DNA of 64,000 nucleotides from Eledone cirrhosa (lineage: Eukaryota). A program made the translations under genes and the position numbers. Location of the stretch: the NCBI GenBank assembly GCA_964016885.1, contig OZ024741.1:152582001-152646000 (forward strand), read 5' to 3'. The notes beneath the pieces were generated by a model. That model was not told the DNA's origin and searched no databases. It worked only from the letters and a program-made list of their open reading frames with translations. Positions 12,501 to 26,090 of this stretch are shown in pieces; the first letter of the stretch is position 1; the number at the start of each line of letters is the position of its first letter.

Positions 12501-15500
12501 CTTCCTCACCATCTACTGACCCCTACATTACACCCCTTCCACACCATCTACTGACCACTACATTACACCCCTTCCACACCATTTACTGACCACTACATTA
12601 CAGCCCTTCCACACCAACTACTGACCACTACATTACACCCCTTCCACACCATCTACTGACCACTACATTACACCCCTTCCACACCATTTACTGACCACTA
12701 CATTACAGCCCTTCCACACCATCTACTGACCACTACATTCCACCCCTTCCACACCAACTACTGACCACTACATTACACCCCTTCCACACCATCTACTGAC
12801 CCTATCATTCCACCTCTTCCTCACCATCTACTGACCACTATATTACACCCCTTCCACACTATCTACTGACCCCTACATAACACCTCTTCCACACCATCTA
12901 CTGACCACTACATTCCACCCCTTCCTCACCATCTACTGACCCCTACATTCAACCCCTTCCACACCATCTACTGACCACTACATTACATCCCTTCCCCACC
13001 TTCTACTGACCCCTACATTACACCCCTTCCACACCATCTACTGACCCCTACATTACACCCCTTCCTCACCATCTACTGACCACTACATTACACCCCTTCC
13101 TCACCATCTACTGACCACTACATTACACCCCTTCCACACCATCTACTGACCACTACATTCCACCTCTTCCACACCATCTACTGACCCCTACATTACAGCC
13201 CTTCCACACCATCTACTGACCCCTACATTACAGACCTTCCACACCATCTACTGACCACTACATTCCATCCCTTCCACACCATCTACTGACCCCTACATTC
13301 TACTCCTTCCATACCAACAACTGACCCCTACATTACACCCCTTCCACACCATCTACTGACCTCTACATTACACCCCTTCCACACCATCTACTGACCCCTA
13401 CATTACACCCCTTCCACACCATCTACTGACCCCTACATTCTACTCCTTCCATACCAACAACTGACCCCTACATTACACCCCTTCCACACCATCTACTGAC
13501 CACTACATTCCACCCCTTCCACACCATCTACTGACCACTACATTCCTCCCCTTCCACACCATCTACTGACCACTACATTACACCCCTTCCACACCATCTA
13601 CTGACCCTATCATTCCACCTCTCCCTCACCATCTACTGACCACTATATTACACCCCTTCCACTCTATCTACTGACCCCTACATAACACCTCTTCCACACC
13701 ATCTACTGACCACTACATTCCACCCCTTCCTCACCATCTACTGACCACTACATTACACCCCTTCCACACCATCTACTGACCCTATCATTCCACCTCTCCC
13801 TCACCATCTACTGACCACTATATTACACCCCTTCCACTCTATCTACTGACCCCTACATAACACCTCTTCCACACCATCTACTGACCCCTACATTACACCC
13901 CTTCCACACCATCTACTGACCACTACATTACACCCCTTCCACACCATCTACTGACCACTACATTACATCCCTTCCCCACCTTCTACTGACCCCTACATTA
14001 CACCCCTTCCACACCATCTACTGACCACTACATTACACCCCTTCCTCACCATCTACTGACCTCTACATTACACCCCTTCCACACCGTCTACTGACCCCTA
14101 CATTACACCCCTTCCACACCATCTACTGACCACTACGTTCCACCTCTTCCTCACCATCTACTGACCACTACATTCCATCCCGTCCACACCATCTACTGAC
14201 CCCTACATTCTACTCCTTCCATACCAACTACTGACCCCTACATTACACCCCTTCCACACCATCTACTGACCCCTACATTACACCCCTTCCACACCATCTA
14301 CTGACCCCTACATTACACCCATTCCACACCATCTACTGACCCCTACATAACAACCCTTCCACACCATCTACTGACCACTACATTCCACCCCTTCCACACC
14401 ATCTACTGACCACTACATTGCACCCCTTCCATACCAACTACTGTCCCCTACATTACACCCATTCCTCACCATCTACTGACCCCTACATTACACCCCTTCC
14501 ACACCATCTACTGACCACTACATTCCACCCCTTCCACACCATCTACTGACCACTACATTACACCCCTTCCACACCATCTACTGACCACTACATTCCACCC
14601 ATTCCTCACCATCTACTGACCCCTACATTACACCCCTTCCACACCATCTACTGACCACTACATTACACCCCTTCCACACCATCTACTGACCTCTACATTA
14701 CAGCCCTTCCACACCATCTACTGACCACTACATTCCACCCCTTCCACACAATCTACTGACCACTATATTACACCCCTTCCACACCATCTACTGACCACTA
14801 CATTCCACCCCTTCCTCACCATCTACTGACCCCTACATTCAACCCCTTCCACACTATCTACTGACGACGACATTCCACCCCTTCCACACCATCTACTGAC
14901 CACTACATTACAGCCCTTCCACACCATCTACTAACCACTACATTACATCCCTTCCTCACCATCTACTGACCCCTACATTCCACCCCTTCCACACCATCTA
15001 CTGACCACTACATTCCTCCCCTTCCACACCATCTACTGACCACTACATTACACCCCTTCCACACCATCTACTGACCACTACATTGCACCCCTTCCATACC
15101 AACTACTGACCCCTACATTGCACCCCTTCCATACCATCTACTGACCCCTACATTACACCCCGTCCACACCATCTACTGACCACTACATTACACCACTTCC
15201 ACACCATCTACTGACCACTACATTACAGCCCTTCCACACCATCTACTGACCACTACATTCCACCCCTTCCACACTATCTACTGACCACTACATTACAGCC
15301 CTTCCACACCATCTACTGACCCTTCATTCCACCTCTTCCTCACCATCTACTGACCACTATATTACACCCCTTCCACACCATCTACTGACCCCTACATAAC
15401 ACCTCTTCCACACCATCTACTGACCACTACATTCCACCCCTTCCTCACCATCTACTGACCCCTACATTCAACCCCTTCCACACCATCTACTGACCGCTAC

Positions 15501-17765
15501 ATTACATCCCTTCCCCACCTTCTACTGACCCCTATATTACACCCCTTCCACACCATCTACTGACCACTATATTACACCCCTTCCTCACCATCTACTGACC
15601 TCTACATTACACCCCTTCCACACCATCTAATGACCCCTACATTACACCCCTTCCACACCATCTACTGACCACTACATTCCACCTCTTCCTCACCATCTAC
15701 TGACCACTACATTACACCCCTACCTCACCATCTACTGACCACTACATTACACCCCTTCCACACCATCTACTGACCATTACATTCCACCTCTTCCACACCA
15801 TCTACTGACCCCTACATTCCACCTCTTCCTCAGCATCTACTGACCACTATATTACACCCCTTCCACACCATCTACTGACCCCTACATAACACCTCTTCCA
15901 CACCATCTACTGACCACTACATTCCACCCCTTCCTCACCATCTACTGACCCCTACATTCAACCCCTTCCACACCATCTACTGACCGCTACATTACATCCC
16001 TTCCCCACCTTCTACTGACCCCTATATTACACCCCTTCCACACCATCTACTGACCTCTACATTACACCCCTTCCACACCATCTAATGACCCCTACATTAC
16101 ACCCCTTCCACACCATCTACTGACCACTACATTCCACCTCTTCCTCACCATCTACTGACCACTACATTACACCCCTACCTCACCATCTACTGACCACTAC
16201 ATTACACCCCTTCCACACCATCTACTGACCATTACATTCCACCTCTTCCACACCATCTACTGACCCCTACATTCCATCCCTTCCACACCATCTACTGACC
16301 ACTACATTACAGCCCTTCCACACCATCTACTGACCACTACATTATACCCCTTCCACACCATCTACTGACCACTACATTCCACCCCTTCCACCATCTACTG
16401 ACCCCTACATTCCACCCCTTCCACACCATTTACTGACCACTACATTACCCCCCTTCCACAACATCTACTGACCACTACATTCCACCCCTTCCACCATCTA
16501 CTGACCCCTACATTCCACCCCTTCCACACCATCTACTGACCACTACATTCCACCCCTTCCACCATCTACTGAGCCCTACATTCCACCCCTTCCACACCAT
16601 CTACTGACCACTACATTCCACCCCTTCCACCATCTACTGACCCATACATTCCACCCCTTCCACACCATCTATTGACCCATACATTCCACCCCTTCCACAC
16701 CATCTACTGACCCCTACATTCCACCCCTTCCACACCATCTACTGACCACTACATTACAGCCCTTCCACACCATCTACTGACTACTACATTACACCCCTTC
16801 CATACCAACTACTGACCCCTACATTACACCCCTTCCTCACCATCTACTGACCCCTACATTCCACCCCTTCCACACCATCTACTGATCCCTACATTCCACG
16901 CCTTCCACACCATCTACTGACCACTACATTCCACCCCTTCCACACCATCTACTGACCACAACATTACACCCCTTCCACACCATCTACTGACCACTACATT
17001 GCACCCCTTCCATACCAACTACTGACCCCTACATTACACCCCTTCCTCACCATCTACTGACCCCTACATTACACCCCTTCCACACCATCTACTGACCACT
17101 ATATTGCACGCCTTCCATACCAACTACTGACCACTACATTCCACCCCTTCCACACCATCTACTGACCACTACATTACACCCCTTCCACACCATCTACTGA
17201 CCCCTACATTCCACCCCTTCCACACCATCTACTAACCACTACATTCCACCCCTTCCACACCATCTACTGACCCCTACATTCCACCCCTTCCATACCAACT
17301 ACTGACCCCTACATTCCACCCCTACATTCCACCCCTTCCACACCATCTACTAACCATTACATTCCACCCCTTCCACACCATCTACTGACCACTACATTGC
17401 ACCCCTTCCATACCAACTACTGACCCCTACATTACACCCCTTCCTCACCATCTACTGACCCCTACATTACACCCCTTCCACACCATCTACTGACCACTAT
17501 ATTACACCTGTTCCTCACCATCTACTGACCACTATATTACACCCCTTCCACACCATCTACTGACCACTACATTATACCCCTTCCACACCATCTACTGACC
17601 CCTACATTCCACCCCTTCCATACCAACTACTGACCCCTACATTCCACCCCTTCCACACCATCTACTAACCACTACATTCCACCCCTTCCACACCATCTAC
17701 TGACCCCTACATTCCACCCCTTCCACACCATCTACTGACCAGTACATTACACCCCTTCCACACCA
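6545..17765. repeat. 35-bp satellite array, about 320 units, consensus CCATCTACTGACCACTACATTACACCCCTTCCACA
   Basis: Continuous tandem repetition over about 11.2 kb with C-rich/G-rich strand asymmetry. Confidence 0.98.
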
Positions 17766-18024
17766 AACTACATTTGGAGAAAATTAGTGACGGGAATATA
17801 TGAATGTTTATTTAAGCGATCGCTAACCGGAAGTGTTGACATTTGAAAATTTTAACGAAGTGAATCTTTAACTAAGCAATAAAATATATTTAAGCGAAAG
17901 CTAGGAAATTTAGCAGATAAATTATGTAATATTCATTCAAAGTAATCTAACTTATTTTACAAACGGGATAAAAAATTATATTCTGGATGCAGTCCCGCAC
18001 TCCTTACTTTATTATAGTTAAGAT
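17765..18024 (-). mobile_element. Helitron-like non-autonomous element, 5' segment
   Basis: Homologous to 44177-44658. The minus strand starts A|TCTTAACTATAATAAAGTAAG, resembling Helitron 5'-TC termini. Confidence 0.5.
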
Positions 18025-18479
18025 ATGCATATCTGTAACACTTAAAACCTTATACACACTTACACAATGCGTTTCCTATCCCAATCGTGTTGCTACAATA
18101 AGAAATTCATTTTATAATCACAAGGTTTTGGCATCTAACCCTACATTTGTCCCTGTAAATTGTTAATTCTCCAAAATTATTCACACATTTTATCATGTAT
18201 GCTATTTATACATCTATGTAATTATTAAAACATCATTCTTATACTTAATCACTTCCGTGTGTTAGTAATCAACATCAATTGTAGGGCTTCTTTTATGCAA
18301 ACCATTGATTTACCATAATGCAAATTTCACAGTTCATATGATTGTTCATATATCCGGTAATCTTGTTATATATAGCATATCAATATTGGTCTCTCCCAAA
18401 AAATAGAAATGTTCAACGCTATTGCTGTAATTTTTTACGGCACGGGTCCACTTGAGCATTTCTAAAACATCAGATGAAA

Positions 18480-19085
18480 GGTTTTCTGCTTATCAGTTGA
18501 AGGTCATGCATGGTTGTGTTGTTAGACAACTTCTGGGTGACATTGACATTGATAACGAAAGTAGTCTATGTGGGAACAACAACTGGTATATTAGCTCACG
18601 CTTTGAAGGGTAGGATTTTGTAATCCAGGTATAGGAAACAATACTGGAATATTTAATACAAACAAAAGTATGCAAGCAGGTAAAACACGTAAATGCCTTG
18701 TGGTAAGGGTGTTGGACTTATGATCATAATGTTGTGGGTTCAATTCCTGGACTGGGTTGTGTATTGTGTTCTTGAGCAAAGCACTTCATTTCTCGTTGTA
18801 CCAATATACTCAGATAGAAATGAGTACCAGCAACAGCTGGTAGTTTAACCTGCGATGGACTGGAGTCCTGTCTGGGGAAGAGGGAGACATGTACTCTCGG
18901 TCACTTCACACCACAGAAACCGGGATAAACACCGGCTTGATGCACCTCTAGGCACGAGACAGACCTTAGACTTTAAAACACGTAAATGTGACAATGTATG
19001 CAGTCTATGTGGAATTAACACCGAAGATGTGACACGCATCAGAAGCAGCTATCAGTGGCCAAAAATGTTATTTATGGCAAGGAAT
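18480..19085 (+). mobile_element. Decayed R4/Dong-like non-LTR fragment (C-terminal zinc-finger region) split by a SINE
   Basis: Translation ISSRFEG*DFVIQV*ETILEYLIQ.. continues after the SINE as RKCDNVCSLCGINTEDVTRIRSS (decayed CxxC..H..C motif). Confidence 0.5.
18696..18973 (+). mobile_element. tRNA-derived SINE family B (CORE-like) with 15-bp TSD
   Basis: GGGTTCAATTCC B box, CTTGAGCAAAGCACTT core-like block, and TSD TAAAACACGTAAATG at 18681-18695 and 18974-18988. Confidence 0.8.
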
Positions 19086-19131
19086 TAGAAACTGATCTCT
19101 GATGAGAGTTTAATAAAACTAACCAGAACTC

Positions 19132-19180
<49 letters not shown>

Positions 19181-19796
19181 CCCATCACTCTCTTTGGCTA
19201 CAGAGAAAGGACCCGAGTTTAAACCTCAGTCTAACTTTTCACAACTAGGCTAAATGTGTGTTTACTAAAACCATAAGTTAGTTAGTTATTCTAAGATTTC
19301 TGCATATACCAATCGTGCGTAGCGCTTCTGTTCCTAATAAATAGGACTGTTTTTCTTTCCGTAGTTGTTTCTCATTGCCTTTGACCAATGCGCTCCCTAT
19401 ATTGAATTTACAATCTAAAGACATAGCCATGCGGGCTTATTTTGAAGATATCTGTAATAGACATCACACCGCCCGGCCTGTTTTCCCCTATTCGCCTTTT
19501 CTAGGCCTCAGTGTCCTTCTTTGTCTGCACGTTCGACAACATTCCTTATTCTCTCCTGTTTTACTATTTCTCCCCTTTCTATATTTTTCTCTTTTGGCTA
19601 GGCCCTCAGCGTCCTCAGTTTGCCCAGGGTGTTCTCTGAATGTGTATGCAATAGTATCTGAATACCTGGTCTTGACTTCCTTATCCACCAATGGTTCCTT
19701 ATCCTGCAGGTCGCCCTGGACTTGCCAATTTTGTGGGCATCCTTGGCTTTTGTTAGTTTCAGGTTGACAGCTCAGCTCCTCTCTTAACACGAACAT

Positions 19797-19919
<123 letters not shown>

Positions 19920-19987
19920 CACACATATATATATATATACATATATATATACATATATATATACATATATATATATATATACATATA

Positions 19988-20081
19988 TACTAGGGAAATT
20001 CAAATCACAACATCAGTAATAAAGAAAGAAAAAGAAAAAAAGAAAAAGATAGAGAGAAAAAGAAAGAAGAAAAAAGAAAAA

Positions 20082-20129
<48 letters not shown>

Positions 20130-20211
20130 TCTTTCTTTGTCTCTCTATCTTTTTCTTTTTTTCTTTTTCTTTCTTTATTACTGATGTTGTGATTTGAATT
20201 TCCCTAGTATA
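19988..20211. repeat. Inverted repeat (about 95-bp arms) centred on a (TA)n tract
   Basis: TACTAGGGAAATTCAAATCACAACATCAGTAATAAAGAAAG... is mirrored by ...CTTTCTTTATTACTGATGTTGTGATTTGAATTTCCCTAGTA. Confidence 0.9.
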
Positions 20212-20224
20212 TTACAAACGCCGT

Positions 20225-20429
20225 GTATAATTTTAATCAGTTTTTCTGATGATTTGGTTAAGCATTCATTGTATTTAAAATTGAGTGACACAACTTCAAG
20301 TGATTAGTCACAAACTCGCTACCTCAGGAAACCTCCTGTCGAGTCAAACAACGCCGTACGCTAAAACTATCCACAATACGGAGTATTCACAACCTCTAAC
20401 TGGATTACCTATAACGATAATTTGCTATC

Positions 20430-20431
<2 letters not shown>
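20225..20431 (+). mobile_element. PLE 3'-terminal fragment related to the end of the element at 36176-38480
   Basis: GAGTCAAAC..ACTATCCAC..CTAACTGGATTACCTATAACGATAATTTGCTATCCC matches the reverse complement of 36176-36275 and ends at (TA)n. Confidence 0.7.
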
Positions 20432-20466
<35 letters not shown>

Positions 20467-20527
20467 CACATACATATATATATATATACACATACACATA
20501 CATATATATACATACATATATATACAT

Positions 20528-20576
<49 letters not shown>

Positions 20577-20580
<4 letters not shown>

Positions 20581-20683
20581 GTATAATAAACAATACAATA
20601 TAATTACCTCATTACCAGAGGTTTCCTTATTCGGGAAACCTCTGGTAATGAGGTAATTATATTGTATTGTTTATTATACATTA
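20577..20683. repeat. Perfect hairpin, about 50-bp arms with 7-nt loop
   Basis: TAATGTATAATAAACAATACAATATAATTACCTCATTACCAGAGGTTTCC-TTATTCG-GGAAACCTCTGG...ATACATTA. Confidence 0.92.
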
Positions 20684-20757
20684 AATTTAGCTCTGGTACT
20701 TACATAGAGCACTCTTCACTCCTATGACTTTTTCAATTTTCAACGGAAACTTCAATA

Positions 20758-20793
<36 letters not shown>

Positions 20794-20931
20794 TATATAT
20801 AGTAATAATAATAAATTTGAAGAATAAAATCCAAAGAGGGCTCGATAAGGATAAATATATATCAGATATATAAGATCCCGTTAAGGGTGAAAGCAGCGAT
20901 TCTTTGCTTAAACTTTAATCTGTTATTTTAA

Positions 20932-21014
<83 letters not shown>

Positions 21015-21512
21015 ATAGACGTGCATAAGTACAAACACGTGCATACACATATAAAAACAACATATATACTCATGAACACATACACACACACATGCACAGG
21101 GATGCGCGCGCGCACACACACATACATATAAATTGGCCACAATACTTAGGAAAACGCCCATACACACACACATGGACCGTAGGAGATATCCGCTTGCTCA
21201 AATTAAGTACCACACGCTTATGTTAAGTGTTACAACTAAAGTTGTAAAGATTGTATTATGGTTATTAATTTACCAAGTGATTCAAGTTGTGGCAGTTGCC
21301 ACTAATAACAGTGGCCATTGACTTTTAAAACGGAGTCATTCACTAACTTGTTTACTCTTCTGGACCTCTCTTCTCCCCCCCCCCCTCTCTCTCTCTCTCC
21401 CCTTCTCTCTCTCTCTCTCTCTCTCTCCCCTTCTCTCTCTCTCTCTCCCTTCTCTCTCTCTCTCTCTATATATATATACTACACGTTCACTCACATATAC
21501 ATATACACCCCC

Positions 21513-21584
<72 letters not shown>

Positions 21585-21859
21585 TTACATGAACATCCAC
21601 TTAACTTAAGAAACATTGTGAAAACTGGAAATTTGAAACGTAGTCGTCCCAGTGTAAATATTGGGTATTTTTCATTACTAATATAAGTGGTATATTGTGC
21701 ATTTCAGGTATTTCTTTCAACACAAAATCTAACACCTTTAAAAAATGTTTATATAAAACTCATATTTTTCCCAAATTGTTAATATCCTTATTCTACTTGA
21801 ATGGAACCCAATCGATTTCAACGATGTGCATACCGTTTGTTCGATCAACGGAATAGCTT

Positions 21860-22400
21860 GCTCTTGAAGTAAACATGAAAGTAGCTTAGCTTTGAATTAT
21901 GGGTACAACTTATTTCTGCCAGTTGAATGGACTGGAGTGACATGAAATAAAGTGTTTTGCTCATGGACACAACGCATCGACAGGAATTGAACTCACGACC
22001 ATAAGTGACAGAGTATTCCTCAGGCACGTATACCCTTAACGTAGTTCTCTGTAAGATTTAGTGTAACATAATGTGTTATAAATTGTGTCCTTTGTATTAC
22101 AGGTACAACTTGTTTTTGTCAGTTGAATGAATTGGAACAACGTAAAATAATTGTTTCTACTTTAGGCACAAGGCCAGCAATTACCCAGTGCATTACTGGT
22201 ACTTTATTTTATCGACCCCGTAAGGATGAAAGGCAAAGTCAACCTCGGCGGGATTTGAACTCAGATCGTAAAGGGACATAACTATGCTGAAAGCATGGCG
22301 TCCGACCCTCTACCGATACTGCCAATCCACCGCCCTTACGTAAAATAATGCGCCTTGCTCAAATACACAACGCACCGTCCGGAATCATTCTCACGACCTT
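21860..22400 (-). mobile_element. Two SINE B remnants, the second interrupted by a SINE A (22148-22336)
   Basis: Minus-strand B boxes (GGAATTGAACTC). The SINE A is flanked by TSD ACGTAAAATAAT (22140-22151, 22338-22349). Confidence 0.75.
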
Positions 22401-23293
22401 TAGCATTTAAATTGCTCTATACACACTATTGTATTTTTGTGGTAAAGTCCTTACCTCACATAATTATCTCACATAATATTGAATCTACGAGATTTTGATG
22501 TTATTTATTTTGAGAACAATAACTTAACAGCAGTATGAGCAGCCAGTTCAAGCTGGTTTGAACAAAAAGAGGAGAGAGAATTCTGACTGTATACGGCCGG
22601 GTTAAATGCTAAAGGGTTAAGCCACGTGCATTCCATCATCTCGTATTCCACTATTATGTTAATGAATGCTAAACTCTTTTTGTATAGGGACCTTTAAATA
22701 TCAAACTGTTGTAATAGAATAGGGTCGTTTAAAGTCCTTAAAACTCCCAACTTTTGTTACGGGTAGGACATTGTGTCACAGACTAGTGTTTCATTGTCTA
22801 GCCATGCAGGGTTCAAATCCCTTCACAGAAAACTAAAAAAACAAAATAAATATATGGGGGTGAGGAGATATGTGGATTAAAAAAAAAAATAAAGAAACAG
22901 CAATATAATTCCCAGTGCTTGAGAGCAAGGACCTGAAGTTGTTGGTCTTTGCCCCAAAGTGGTGGGTGGGGTAAGAGGAGGTAGGATTTTCGCCGTCTCT
23001 ATCAATATGGGTCATTTGAAATTTCCCGAAATATATTGGCAAGATGCTAAATATAGTTGAATCACCCCCATCTCTACTTCTACTACAACCCTCATCACCA
23101 CCAACGCCGCTATTACTAGCACCATCATTTCTGCCATTATCACAACAATCACCACAACTGCCGTCGCCGATAACCCCACCTCATCGACATAACCACATTT
23201 TAACCACCAGTACAAGCACCTCCACAACTACCGCCGCCCTTAACGCAAACACATGACTTCCCACAAACACAAACATACACATATATGTACAAT

Positions 23294-23392
<99 letters not shown>

Positions 23393-23632
23393 CCACACAC
23401 ACACACAGGCATACATACACACACGCACGTGACTACACAGGCATACATACACACAGGTTTGCAGTGCCATCTCTTAGTAAATACCACGTTATCAAGCAAG
23501 CAGAACCAACTGTTTCCACTCTCTTGACATCTCATCTGTGGTAGCCTGATCTACAGCTGGTATGACTCTAGAATTGAACCTGTAACAATATTGCTTTCCT
23601 GGGACATTGCTTACCCTCACTTCTTACTATTG

Positions 23633-23695
<63 letters not shown>

Positions 23696-23919
23696 CACTA
23701 CCACCGCCGCCGCAAAACCACAACCACAATCACCACCACCTCCTCCACTACTAGTAGTAGTTGTTGTTGTTACTGTTATCTCTGAGATTGAAGCTGTTGA
23801 TTCCAGCCGTGACCGCTCGATCCGTTATGCAAACATAAATGCATCTAAAACGACATCATTGAGATAATAATGGTTCAGAGCCTGTTCTTGAAATTAGAGT
23901 GAAAATGGCTGGGCATTCT

Positions 23920-24118
23920 ACTGAGACGTGTACTCTCAACATCGTTATCAGGGAGATTCTGTATGACAATGTTGTCTTTTTGAATTACAGTTAAAACTCA
24001 TTTTTTGCCAGGACAGCGTAAAATAAAGCGTCAAGGACTCAACACACTGACGGATATCGAACTGGTGACCTCACGATCGCGAACCAAATATCCTAACTAC
24101 TAAAACACGCGTCTTCAT
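23920..24118 (-). mobile_element. Diverged SINE B remnant
   Basis: GGATATCGAACTGGTGACCTCACGATCGCGAACC..CCTAACTACTA is a reverse tRNA-like head; similar to 22020-22390 and 43480-43585. Confidence 0.6.
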
Positions 24119-24310
24119 GACTAATGTATGAGGTGGATATAAATTTTTTAAAGAAGCATCCCAACATTCTGTTATCTAAGATCCCAGATGAGGCCACACG
24201 ACGCCACGACGCACAAATATGGGCGGCAATGTCAAACTTTCTCATGTATCAATGGCTAACCAAGGAAAACATGGCCTAATCCGAAGACTGGGATAGATAA
24301 AAAAAAAAAG

Positions 24311-24344
<34 letters not shown>

Positions 24345-24414
24345 CATTGTGTGTTTGTGTGTGTATTGTGTGTGTATTGTGTGTGAGTGTGTGTGTGTAT
24401 ATATATGTGTGTGT

Positions 24415-24467
<53 letters not shown>

Positions 24468-24541
24468 AAATATCAGTAACTGTGAAAAAGGAAAACAGTG
24501 CTCAATCAAGGAAGAGAGGTGATATATTATTTATGTTCAAA

Positions 24542-24632
24542 AAGCGCTACCTAAGGTTTCAAGGCCCAATATGAGCCTAATATCTCCAGATTGTAAGAGG
24601 GATCAAAATTGTGACCTAATCTTCAGGCGCTT
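24542..24632 (-). ncRNA. Type I hammerhead ribozyme with extended stem II
   Basis: Minus strand: AAGCGC-CTGAAGA-[59 nt, ends pairing AGGTCACAAT/ATTGGGCCT]-GAAA-CCTTAGG-TA-GCGCTT. Perfect 6-bp stem I and GUA cleavage triplet. Confidence 0.8.
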
Positions 24633-24706
24633 AGACGTAGAGACACTGGTTGTGAATATCAATAATATAAGCGAGAGAAAATACATGACGGTTGTGCTTT
24701 GTATAG

Positions 24707-24761
<55 letters not shown>

Positions 24762-25236
24762 TAGAGTGACACAACGTAATATAGCGAGTTGGAAACTGAC
24801 ATGAATATACGCAATCAATTAGCAGATAAATCTAAAAGATAATACGTACGGGAGATAACTCAAGTTACATCACTTGTTCGTAATTATTTGAAGGGAATCA
24901 TATTGATGTGTGTCTCGTTTTTTAAGCCAGCTGGTGGGTGATAGGGTGAAAATGTAGTAATTAATTCAAGATCTAGTTTCTTTTTATCTTATCTCTGTTA
25001 ATATATCGTTATATGTTTCTGCGTGTTAAAACGGGCGTAACCGCAGTTAAAAAAGTACACAATACATGAGTAGAGTGTAAACATGATACTTAATGTAGAA
25101 ATGGGTTCTATAGGACTAGAACTGTTTCATTCGAGTGAAATCATTAGGAATGCCGGGTGACACAGTTAATCGTTGATATTTATAGGTTTCCTATTGGTTG
25201 GGGATGGTAGTAGTGGTGGGGCGGAGGCCTTATCAA

Positions 25237-25302
<66 letters not shown>

Positions 25303-25453
25303 GCAAATAAAAACTGTTTGAGTATGTAAGCGTTCTTTGGTTTCTTTTACATATAACGGCTCTGTTCTCGTACATTCAGCTAATGCATTACCGTCAAAAT
25401 ATAACACGGTGCGTGTGTGTTTATGCACATGCACTCCGTGCTATACGTACGTA

Positions 25454-25531
<78 letters not shown>

Positions 25532-25689
25532 ACATACATATATAAAAAAGAAGTTACTTAAATAATCATAAAATGTTCATAAATATAGCAAAACCAATTA
25601 GTAACAGTGTCACTAACACTATCAGTACATTATCAATATTAGACAAACATAGATATCAACAACATAAAATTTACCCGATAAAAATGGAT

Positions 25690-26090
25690 CTTTGTCTCTG
25701 CTGGACTTCCTTCTTAGAATAACTGAAGAATGTGCTATATACACCAACGTCTATAGAAAAGCTGCCAGCAGAGACCTGTTTGATGATAAAACCGGATACA
25801 TAAGAAATGAACTTACGCGTATCCGGAATAAATGCAGCCAAACAGAGGACCAGATTGCTCACACTGCCCACTTCATGGATGTACTGAAGACGAACGGATA
25901 CCCAACATCCACATTGAATCGTCTCAGGAATCAAAGGCGCCGCAGGCATACAACCTCCTCTAACACCTGCTTCATAAAAGTGCCACATTTCAGTGAAAAT
26001 ATAACCACAGCTATCCGTACAGCCGTCTGCAAAGAGGGCCTAGACATACAATTAGCTCACTCCGGTCCTTCACTGCGTGGATACCTATCT
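25690..26090 (+). mobile_element. PLE reverse transcriptase C-terminal (thumb) fragment
   Basis: LDFLL..TNVYRK..GYIRNELTRIRNKCS..LKTNGYP..FIKVPHFSE matches the PLE pattern FLD..YRK..CS..NGYP..PY. Confidence 0.75.

Noticed and set aside
6545-17765. CRISPR-like array (35-bp repeat)
   Set aside because: Units are contiguous with no unique spacers, there are no cas genes, and the context is eukaryotic.
18498-18610. Candidate host exon (AG..GT bounded, open frame)
   Set aside because: The frame continues into R4/Dong-like retrotransposon motifs across the SINE, so it is better explained as TE.
19099-19135. CTGATGA-GAGTT..AACTC-GAA hammerhead half
   Set aside because: Cut off by (CT)n before stems III and I, so it cannot be supported as a ribozyme.
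20869-20900. TATAAGA-T-CCC-GTTAA-GGG-T-GAAA-GCAGC hammerhead-like motif
   Set aside because: Three core mismatches and no UH or stem I.
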